In this document: positions 17,448 to 25,719 of the stretch, piece after piece
How positions within the stretch are numbered: position 1 is the stretch's first letter
How the letters are laid out: every line of letters begins with the position of its first letter
Notes under the pieces: generated by a model
What the model was told of the DNA's origin: nothing
The model's database searches: none
Seen by the model: only the letters and a program-made list of their open reading frames with translations
Position numbers and translations under genes: made by a program
IMG/VR virus record: IMGVR_UViG_3300032243_000114
Coordinates: 1-32,321 of that record
DNA from: a virus
Lineage: Duplodnaviria; Caudoviricetes
Reading direction: 5' to 3' (one strand)
DNA length: 32,321 nucleotides

Positions 17448-19166
17448 ATGCTACCTAATACACAAAAACTTACATCTCAAATGGCCATGATGCCCGATGC
17501 GGCATTGAAGCAAATGGCGATGATGCACAAGAACGACCCTTACACATTGCCTTTAATCATTGCTGAAGACTCACGCCGTAAAGAAATGCGTCAAGCAGCA
17601 ATGACAAGGATGGCAACACCACAACCAAATGTGGCTGACCAACAAATAGCACAAATGGGTGTTTTGCCAGAAAACCAAGGGATTGGTGCGTTAAATGCTC
17701 CTAATTTAGAACGCATGGCTGATGGCGGTATTGCTGGGTACGCTGATGGTGGCCAACAACCGGGCATGTTTAATTATGCTCAGATGGCCCCCGCTGTAGA
17801 TTTGCGCCCCGATAGTGGCGTGACTCCAAGAAGTATGGCGTCTGGTGGTATTGCGAGTTTTGGTGTTGGTGGTAATGTAACTTCTACAGATGGTGGAAAA
17901 ACATGGTCAATTGATGTGCCATACAGCACACCACGAAACCCAACGCCTCCCGCAGTAAAAGCTTTGGCAGGTAAAACTTTTAGTTCTGCTACTGAAGCCC
18001 AAGCCGCATTGGACGCCGCATCTGGAGGAACTTCTGCACCATCGCTTCTTACTTCTAATAAACCCACAAGCCACGATTTTGATGCTGTAAACACCACATC
18101 TCCAAAAGAAGAACCAAAAATAGAACCAAAAGTAGAACCAAAAATAGAACCAAAAATAGGAAACTATGAATTTCCAGTACCTAAAGCGCCCGGCGGATTA
18201 GGTGGTAGCCAATTGCAGTCTTTGATAGCGCCCCCATCTATTGAGGACATGAAAAAAGCTCAAAGTGCTTTTAGGGTAAACCCTAATCAAGTGATTGATC
18301 CTTTCCAAGCAGAAAGACAGGGTATTGTTGACTCTCAACAAAGAATGACTGAAGAAGAACTAAGAAATTTTGAAACGTCTCAAAAAGAACGCGGCGATGT
18401 TTATGCCAACCGCAAAGAACGTCTTACAGGACAAGAAGAAAAACTTAAAGGCAAAGAACAAGAAAACCAAGGGCTGTCTTTGTTAGAAGCTGGATTAGCT
18501 ATTTTTGGCGGCACTTCACCTTTTGCTGGTGCAAATATTGCTCAAGGTAGGGAAGGCATCAAGTCTTATAAAGAAGGCCAAGATAAAATTGAAAGAGCTA
18601 GAGATCGTTTAAACGATGCCAAAGACCGCATTGAAGACTTGGAAACCAACTACAAAGATATGACTGACCGTGAAAGACGCGGTCTAAAGTCCAATATCAA
18701 CAAAGCTACAACTGATGGCCAACGTTTAATGTTAGATGGCGTGACGCAAGCGTATGGTATGGATCGTGCCGACGCTACAAACTTAACAAAAACATATCTT
18801 GAGAATGCGGATAAAGCAAAGACCCGTAGCCTCCAAGCACTCATATCAGGCAATGAACAGGCAGGCGCCAACTACCGTGCTCAATTGGGTCTAACCGCTA
18901 TGCCTGAACAAATAAAAATAGCCAAGATTTTGGGCGGGCCTACCGGGGATGTAGCAGCAGGTTTAAAAAGATTAACAGAAATCCAAGCGGGCAAGAAAAC
19001 GGTGGCGCAATCTTATGAAGATTATATGAAAGCATGGGCTGGTAAAGACACCACAATGGGCGGTATGCTTTCTCCGCAACAATACATGCAACAATACCGT
19101 CAAATACAATTGTTGGCCAATCCCCCTAATACACAAGAAAAAGCTACTGGTCAAGTACGTGAATAA
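17448..19166 (+). CDS. Internal virion / ejection protein with coiled coils
   Basis: 572 aa; MADGG/YADGG/MASGG motifs; charged coiled coils flanking a hydrophobic 'LSLLEAGLAIFGGTSPFAG' segment. Confidence 0.6.
   Translation: MLPNTQKLTSQMAMMPDAALKQMAMMHKNDPYTLPLIIAEDSRRKEMRQAAMTRMATPQPNVADQQIAQMGVLPENQGIGALNAPNLERMADGGIAGYADGGQQPGMFNYAQMAPAVDLRPDSGVTPRSMASGGIASFGVGGNVTSTDGGKTWSIDVPYSTPRNPTPPAVKALAGKTFSSATEAQAALDAASGGTSAPSLLTSNKPTSHDFDAVNTTSPKEEPKIEPKVEPKIEPKIGNYEFPVPKAPGGLGGSQLQSLIAPPSIEDMKKAQSAFRVNPNQVIDPFQAERQGIVDSQQRMTEEELRNFETSQKERGDVYANRKERLTGQEEKLKGKEQENQGLSLLEAGLAIFGGTSPFAGANIAQGREGIKSYKEGQDKIERARDRLNDAKDRIEDLETNYKDMTDRERRGLKSNINKATTDGQRLMLDGVTQAYGMDRADATNLTKTYLENADKAKTRSLQALISGNEQAGANYRAQLGLTAMPEQIKIAKILGGPTGDVAAGLKRLTEIQAGKKTVAQSYEDYMKAWAGKDTTMGGMLSPQQYMQQYRQIQLLANPPNTQEKATGQVRE
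18111..18158 (+). repeat. 12-bp tandem repeat x4 (GAACCAAAA[A/G]TA; EPK[I/V])
   Basis: gaaccaaaaata gaaccaaaagta gaaccaaaaata gaaccaaaaata read directly. Confidence 0.95.
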
Positions 19167-19204
19167 CGTGCATAATACGCACACTCCTTACAATTTAATT
19201 TGAT

Positions 19205-22200
19205 ATGCCACAATATCTACCTCTTCCAGATGGGTCATCTGTTACCGTGCAAAAAGGCGAAACGCCCCAGCAAGCATGGTTCCGTGCCCAAGAAATGTAT
19301 CCGGAGGCTTTTGGATTATCAGAAAAAAAAGAAGAAGAAAAACCTAAACCAAAAGGATTTTTTTCTGGCCTTAAAACAGGTTTTGAATCAGGCGCTGGTT
19401 CTGCAACTGCGGGTCTTGGTGAATTAACAGGTATTGAAAAGCTCAAAGCGTATGGCGAAGAGCTCAAGAAAACTGCGGCTGACCGTGGTGAAGATACGTC
19501 TTTTCTAGGACAAACTGGACAAGCTCTTGGTAATGTAGCCGGACGTTATGGCGCTCCAATACTAGCAGGCGTAGGTGCAGCGGCGGCGGCTCCAGAAGTT
19601 GGTCTTGCAAGCGCACTAGGTTTTGCTGCGGCCAATTTACCCATCAATGTAGGAGAAACCTTTAGTGCTCAAAAAGAAGCTGGGCAAGGGCGTAGTAACA
19701 TTAAAGCGTTGGCGGTTGGTATTGGTAAGACTGCTATTGACTCCTTGGGGGGTGCAGTGCTTGCAGGCCCTATGCGTTCCATCATTGGCAAAACAGCAGT
19801 AGAAAAAGCAGCAACGTTGGTACCAGAGGTACTAGCGGGGCGGATAACAGCCCAAGAAGCCAGCCAACAAGTCAGTGGATTTTTAAAGAACTTTGCCCAA
19901 GGCACAGCGCAAAATGCGGTGGTTGGTGGCGCTACGATGGTAGGCCATGATGTCTTAGAGCGTGCGGGTTTAGGTCAAGAAATTACATCTCCAGAAGCTC
20001 TTGAAGGGTACGGCAAAGAATTGGTAGCAGGTGCGGAAATAGCTCCCGTATTTGGAGCGTTACATGCCCGTGGCGCTAGAAAAGCAGCGCAAGCCAAGAT
20101 TACAGAAGCAGGCGCACAACGTGCAGAAGAAACAGCTAATAAGCCCGTAGAAACGCCCACCGCCCCAACAGAAAACACTGAATACGTTCAGAAAGTTGTG
20201 GGTGAATATGAAAGTGCGTGGAAACAATATCAAAACATGAACAGTGCTTTGGGCAAAAAACCTGGAGCCAACGATCCCCCACACTTAGCGCTTGCGTATG
20301 AAGAAAGCAAAGCTGCTGCCGAAGCACAAAAAAAAGTAGCTGAAGATTTAGCGCCTGAGTATCACCGTGTCCAAAAAATTATTAAGGCTCAACAACCCGA
20401 GCCTATGTTGGCATTGCCTGCACCAGAAGTGCAAGGCGAAACGCGTGGAATTGAGGGTATCAAAACTAACGAACCCAAACCCGAAGTCTTACAATTGGTA
20501 GATCAATACCACCAAGAACAAACCAGTATTGAAAAAATTCTTCCTCAAATAAAAGAAGCCAAAACTACAGGCGATAGAACAAAAGTTATGGAACTTGCAG
20601 ATGCCATAGAAGGCGCCCAAGTCCGTATGAGCAATTTAAAAACCAAGATTGATGAATTGGGTGGTGTATTAGAAACGCCTGAGACTGTTGAGAGAACTGC
20701 AACTAAAGAACTTAAAGCGCATGATAAAAAAATTACTGCGACCACAGCCAAGTTCAACGAAGCGTCGGACGTCAACATTATGGATATCCCTGCCATGCGG
20801 CAGCACAATGCCACATTGGATAAGTTGGAAAAAGAACGGCAAGAGTTAGTTGCCAAGCATGAGCAACAGCGCCTTCAAATTGACAAGCAAGAAACGCCCA
20901 AAGGCGAGACACTACCTTTATTTAACAAAAAAGAAACGCCCCCAGTTGTAGCGCAGACCCCGCAAGAAGCCTTGTCTTTTGAGCAACCCAAGCCAGAAGA
21001 AGCGCCAAAGCGCAACACCAATCAACGCGTTTTGTTCTCCCCAAAGAACATTGAAGCCACGGCAGAACGCAACACAACTGTTGCAGATCAGTTAGCTAAA
21101 ACACCTGTTGGTGAAACAGCGCCTTTGTTTACAGAGAAGCAAGCGCCTACGATCAAAGAGCCTGCTGGCCCACCCAAGCCACAAGAAGTGGTCAAGGAAA
21201 CCAAAGCCGAGCCCGTCCCCGATACTAGCACGCTGGACTTGTTCACGCCTGAGAACTTTGAAAAGACGACGGAGCGTAACCTTCCTGATGCAGAACGCAA
21301 AAGACTATTGCAACAGCGTCTTGATGAGCATTTATTTGATCGTTTGAATTTGCCCGGCACAAAAGTAACCCGCGCCAACTTATTGCCACACCAAGTCCAA
21401 AAGATCATGGACGATATTGAAAAAGAATACAAGTATGTTAATGTTCGTCGTGGTAAACAAGGCCAATCTCGCTTTGAAGAAGCACGTGCTTTATTAAAGC
21501 ATTATGAAGACCTTAAAGCACGCGTAGATGCGGGAAAAAAAGGGCAAACCCCCAACTCAATGAAGGCGGCTCTTAAAAACTATAAAGCATATATTGCCGA
21601 ACATACAGAACCCGCAGAAAAAGAAATGAAGCGCTTACACAAGTTGCTCTATAAAGTAGAAAAAGTTGCTCCTCCTAAAGTGGAAAAAGCAGCAGAGCGA
21701 GCCAAGGCCGATGAAGCATCCAGACGCGTACGGATGTCTAAGGAAGCCAAAACACAAGCACGTATCAACAAGGGTGATGTACGCAAAGAAGCTGAAACGT
21801 CTGAAAAAATGCGCAATCTGGCGCGTGAGTTGGGACGCGAAGAACCCGAGTACGCGCAGTATGTTAAAGAAATGCAACGCAAGTTGAAGGCGGCTATTGA
21901 GGCTGGACAAAACAAGACCGATGTAACCAATATGGTACAGAAGATGCTTGTAGAGAGAGCTGAAAAGATAGGTAAGACCACGCCTGAGTACAAGCGCACA
22001 CTCAAAGAACAGATTGAATATTTTAGAGAAACTTTTGCTAGTGCGGGCAAACAAGAATTAAAATCACAACGTACTACCCAAGTGACGCGTGATGTGCGTA
22101 ATGCACCTAAAGAAATGCGTACAGGTTCTAATGAATCTATTGCACAAAAATACGCTGCGGAAGACGCTAAAGAAAAACGCCAGTACTTAAAAGACTACGC

Positions 22201-25200
22201 CAAAGAGTTGGCAGAAAATGCCAAACATGACGAGGGTATGCCCAGCGTGTATCGCGTGGAAGAGCGCACACCTCTATCAGAAGCAACACAAGAAACGATG
22301 GCGCAGCATGACCTACAAGGCGTGTTAGCGGATTTAGCTAAAAATAGTAAATCGGAATTGATCCGCAAAAAAGCCACGGAACTTGCAGGGTCTGTTGAAA
22401 ATACTAAAACACGTATTGTGTCTGAACTTAAACACAATGGAGAAAGCGTGCCTGCGTTGTACGATTCCAAGACAGACACAATCAAGTTCCATCCTGATGG
22501 TATGACAGAAGAAGATGTAATCCACGAGATTACACACGCCGCCACACTTAAACAGTTGGATCGTCCCATAGAAGAACTGACGCCTGACCAACGTAGAGCC
22601 CGTAAAGAAATTGAAGCTATTTACGGCAAACTTTCTAAAGAGGGTAAGTTGGAAGGTGAGTACGCTGCTAAAGATGTTCATGAGTTTGTGGCTGAGATCA
22701 ATTCCAATGAAGGCTTGCGTCAGTTACTGGCTAAAGAAAAATGGCAGGGGTCTGAAGGCCGCAGTATGCTGCGCCGTATTTGGGACGCCGCTATGCGCAT
22801 GATTGGTATACAACCCAAAGATATTATTGGCGCTACAGAACAACATTTGAAGTCTATGTATGCGCCATCTGAGCGTTATGACATGCAAGAGAAAGCTTCT
22901 ATTTTTAGAAACAACAAAGCTGATTACGGTTCTGACAACCCTTTAGCAAGTCTGAGTAAGAAAGTAGTTGCAACTGCCCCTGAGTTTAAAGATAAATTCA
23001 AAGGTATCACCGCTTTAGCCGCTGAGATGGAAGCCGTAGATATGCGTGCGGGTGTAAGAACTGGTTTGACTATGGGTGCTAAAGCGATTGGTAAGGAAAA
23101 CCTTGCAACGCAAGCCATATACCACATCGTCAAAGCCGATGACAAAGTTCAATTGGCGATGACCACGTTAAAAGTTGGCCCGTTGGAAGTATATAAATCC
23201 GCTAAAGGCTATTACGGTATCCGCAGTAGTGGTAAAAATAGCGGCATGAGTGTTTTTGAATCCATGTCTAAAATACCTGAAGGCAACGAGCGCGCTAAAG
23301 TGGATATGTCCACCAGCTATTTGATTGCAATACGTGCCAACAATAAGGGTTTAAAGAAACTTGATTTGGGTGAACTGGGTTTAGAGCAAAAAGATTTAGA
23401 CGAAGCACTTGCTTATGTTGAATCTCGCCCAGAACTTAAAAAAGCGCTTGAAGAAGTACGCAAGCAATACAACGCATACAACGAAGGGCAAATCAATTTC
23501 TTGGCACAGACAGGCGATATTACCAAGAAGATGGCAGAACAGTTGCTTAAAGAAGGGGACTATGTTCCTTTTTATCGTGTTGATCCAAACGGAAATGCAA
23601 CACTTGTGTTTAATGACAATGTAATGGTTTCTGTTGGTAACATTAAAAACCAACCTTATTTGCATTCTCTTAAAGGTGGTGAAGCCAAGATACTACCATT
23701 AGACCAATCAATTTTGCAAAACACTTTGTTGTTAACGGATAAAGCTACAACCAATTTGGCCATGAAGTCTACGGCTTATGCGTTTCAAGAAATTGGCAAG
23801 GTGCGTCCTAATGGCGGTAAGAATGAGATGATTATTCATACAGGAACACCGCCAGAGAACAGTAAGAATGTCCTTACGTTTAATCAAGAACCTGATCCCA
23901 AGAATCCTAAAGATAACGGTAAGCGTTGGATCAGTATTGATACCGCGGGCACGCTCATGGAAGGTGTGCCTAATGATTTGATTATGAAGAGTTTGGAAGG
24001 TACGGCTTTAACACTGCCTGCGTATTTAAAATTAGGTGGTGCAGCATCGGACTTGTTACGTTCTGGTGTTACCCGTTCACCGCTCTATATTGCGAATCAA
24101 TTGCTTAAAGATCCAATCGCAGCTACCTTTACGGGTGGTGTAGATAAAAATCCTTTCATGGCTGTTCTTGGCGCGGGTAAACATTTTATTGAAATGCAAC
24201 GTGGCACAAGCGACACAGGCGCTAAGCTCATTAAAGCAGGTATCATTCAAAGCGGTATTTTTAAAGGCGATAAAAGCGACATCACCAAGTTTGCTTTGCA
24301 ACTGGCAAGCGGGAAAGATCAAAACGCTATTCAAAAATTAGTTGCTATGGCTGATCGCACAGCTATGAACGCGGATGCTTCTACTCGTGCTTTGGTTTAT
24401 GAAAACGCAATTAAAAAAGGATTGGATGAAGTTGAAGCGGACATGATGACTGTTGAATCCATGAACTACCAAAAGCGGGGGTTATCCGCTACTGTTCAGC
24501 ACACTAACCGCATGATACCTTTTATGAATTCGCAAATACAAGGTCTAAATGTATTGGTCAAAGCTGTTCGAGGCAATATGCCTTTTGAAGATCAGTTAAA
24601 AATTAAACAAAAATTCTATAACAACGCGTTGCTTTTGGCGGGGTCTGGTTTGGCGTATGGCATGGCTATGTCTGACAACGAGTATTACAAAAACGCTAAA
24701 TTAAAAGACAGGTATAGCAACCTATTTGTTTTCTTGCCCGGTGTTGATGAGCCTGTAAAACTGCCTATACCTTATGAAGTTGGGTATTTCTTTTCTTTAG
24801 GCGCGGCAGCGGCTGACGCCATGCGTGATGAAGTTAAAACACCAGACCAAATAAGGGCGTTGGCTAGCGTGTTCTCTAATTCTATTCCGGGTTACAGTTC
24901 CGCAGGTGTACCCCAACTTGTTAAACCCCTTGCTGAAATTGCGTTAAATACCGACTTCTATACAGGGGATGCGGTTGAGTCTTCACGTTTACAAAAGTTA
25001 GATCCTGTAGAACGCTATACATCACATACAACAGAACTTGCTAAACAACTTAGTGGCCTCGTAGGAGGTGCTATTTCTCCTATCATGTTAGAACATTTAA
25101 CACGCGGTTATTTGGGTCAACTCCCACTTGCCGCCGCCGCAAGCGCTAACAGTCTTTTTGCTACAGGCGCTGAAAAAGAAATTACTCGTGCTTCTGATTT

Positions 25201-25546
25201 GCCTTTAATAGGTAGTAGGTTTCAAAAGAAATTTGGTGGAGAACAATCGGATGAAGCATATCGTCTTGCAGACGATGCTGAAAAAGCTAAAGCCACATTT
25301 AACCGCATGGCCAAAGAAGGCCGTACAGATGAAGCAAAAGAATATTTGGAAGAAAACAGAGACCGCATAAAAATGGCGGCAAGTTCTACACACTTCAAAC
25401 AAATGATGGCCAAACTCTACGCCGATACTAGGTTGATTGAAAGCAGAAAAAACTTAAGCCCCGAAGAAAAGCGTGCCCGTTTGGATGCGTTGGACGAGAC
25501 TCGTCAGAAAATTTCTGAACGATATCTATCTGTTGCTCAAAGATAG
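19205..25546 (+). CDS. Large polyvalent internal virion protein (zincin-like metallopeptidase plus LPD38-like C-terminus)
   Basis: 2113 aa; Gly/Ala membrane-like N-region, long coiled coils, 'VIHEITHAAT...HEFVAE' at ~22520-22700, C-terminal 'KLPIPYEVG...PQLVKPLAEIALN.DFYTG...SPIMLEHL.RGYLG' matching my recollection of LPD38. Confidence 0.75.
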   Translation: MPQYLPLPDGSSVTVQKGETPQQAWFRAQEMYPEAFGLSEKKEEEKPKPKGFFSGLKTGFESGAGSATAGLGELTGIEKLKAYGEELKKTAADRGEDTSFLGQTGQALGNVAGRYGAPILAGVGAAAAAPEVGLASALGFAAANLPINVGETFSAQKEAGQGRSNIKALAVGIGKTAIDSLGGAVLAGPMRSIIGKTAVEKAATLVPEVLAGRITAQEASQQVSGFLKNFAQGTAQNAVVGGATMVGHDVLERAGLGQEITSPEALEGYGKELVAGAEIAPVFGALHARGARKAAQAKITEAGAQRAEETANKPVETPTAPTENTEYVQKVVGEYESAWKQYQNMNSALGKKPGANDPPHLALAYEESKAAAEAQKKVAEDLAPEYHRVQKIIKAQQPEPMLALPAPEVQGETRGIEGIKTNEPKPEVLQLVDQYHQEQTSIEKILPQIKEAKTTGDRTKVMELADAIEGAQVRMSNLKTKIDELGGVLETPETVERTATKELKAHDKKITATTAKFNEASDVNIMDIPAMRQHNATLDKLEKERQELVAKHEQQRLQIDKQETPKGETLPLFNKKETPPVVAQTPQEALSFEQPKPEEAPKRNTNQRVLFSPKNIEATAERNTTVADQLAKTPVGETAPLFTEKQAPTIKEPAGPPKPQEVVKETKAEPVPDTSTLDLFTPENFEKTTERNLPDAERKRLLQQRLDEHLFDRLNLPGTKVTRANLLPHQVQKIMDDIEKEYKYVNVRRGKQGQSRFEEARALLKHYEDLKARVDAGKKGQTPNSMKAALKNYKAYIAEHTEPAEKEMKRLHKLLYKVEKVAPPKVEKAAERAKADEASRRVRMSKEAKTQARINKGDVRKEAETSEKMRNLARELGREEPEYAQYVKEMQRKLKAAIEAGQNKTDVTNMVQKMLVERAEKIGKTTPEYKRTLKEQIEYFRETFASAGKQELKSQRTTQVTRDVRNAPKEMRTGSNESIAQKYAAEDAKEKRQYLKDYAKELAENAKHDEGMPSVYRVEERTPLSEATQETMAQHDLQGVLADLAKNSKSELIRKKATELAGSVENTKTRIVSELKHNGESVPALYDSKTDTIKFHPDGMTEEDVIHEITHAATLKQLDRPIEELTPDQRRARKEIEAIYGKLSKEGKLEGEYAAKDVHEFVAEINSNEGLRQLLAKEKWQGSEGRSMLRRIWDAAMRMIGIQPKDIIGATEQHLKSMYAPSERYDMQEKASIFRNNKADYGSDNPLASLSKKVVATAPEFKDKFKGITALAAEMEAVDMRAGVRTGLTMGAKAIGKENLATQAIYHIVKADDKVQLAMTTLKVGPLEVYKSAKGYYGIRSSGKNSGMSVFESMSKIPEGNERAKVDMSTSYLIAIRANNKGLKKLDLGELGLEQKDLDEALAYVESRPELKKALEEVRKQYNAYNEGQINFLAQTGDITKKMAEQLLKEGDYVPFYRVDPNGNATLVFNDNVMVSVGNIKNQPYLHSLKGGEAKILPLDQSILQNTLLLTDKATTNLAMKSTAYAFQEIGKVRPNGGKNEMIIHTGTPPENSKNVLTFNQEPDPKNPKDNGKRWISIDTAGTLMEGVPNDLIMKSLEGTALTLPAYLKLGGAASDLLRSGVTRSPLYIANQLLKDPIAATFTGGVDKNPFMAVLGAGKHFIEMQRGTSDTGAKLIKAGIIQSGIFKGDKSDITKFALQLASGKDQNAIQKLVAMADRTAMNADASTRALVYENAIKKGLDEVEADMMTVESMNYQKRGLSATVQHTNRMIPFMNSQIQGLNVLVKAVRGNMPFEDQLKIKQKFYNNALLLAGSGLAYGMAMSDNEYYKNAKLKDRYSNLFVFLPGVDEPVKLPIPYEVGYFFSLGAAAADAMRDEVKTPDQIRALASVFSNSIPGYSSAGVPQLVKPLAEIALNTDFYTGDAVESSRLQKLDPVERYTSHTTELAKQLSGLVGGAISPIMLEHLTRGYLGQLPLAAAASANSLFATGAEKEITRASDLPLIGSRFQKKFGGEQSDEAYRLADDAEKAKATFNRMAKEGRTDEAKEYLEENRDRIKMAASSTHFKQMMAKLYADTRLIESRKNLSPEEKRARLDALDETRQKISERYLSVAQR

Positions 25547-25719
25547 AACATAACGCCCGTCTTGCCGTTCTTGATTCCAATTTTGGCTTTGGCGTAGAAA
25601 CATCGATAACGAACAGCGGCTTTAAGTCCTTCAACTTTAACCGCTTCGGGGTCTAGGCAGGGGATAAAAAACCCCTGCCCCTTCTTAAGTTTTGTCCACG
25701 GGTAGCGCAATGATTTCAT
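25537..25719 (-). CDS. Small basic phage protein (60 aa)
   Basis: 'RYPWTKLKKGQGFFIP' motif typical of small phage DNA-binding-like proteins; last gene of the leftward operon; overlaps both neighbours. Confidence 0.6.
   Translation of the reverse strand: MKSLRYPWTKLKKGQGFFIPCLDPEAVKVEGLKAAVRYRCFYAKAKIGIKNGKTGVMFYL

Noticed and set aside
18111-18158. CRISPR-like array
   Set aside because: Head-to-tail 12-bp units with no spacers, in frame within a CDS.
19167-19204. Hairpin or antisense RBS upstream of the giant gene (GTGC-N7-GCAC, CTCCTT)
   Set aside because: Only a 4-bp stem, and the antisense ORFs it could serve are short or lack coding features.
19669-25634. Many 60-140 aa alternative-frame and antisense ORFs within the giant gene (likewise within the primase and helicase genes)
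   Set aside because: No recognisable motifs; expected by chance opposite long ORFs. Only the Rz1 overlap has independent support.
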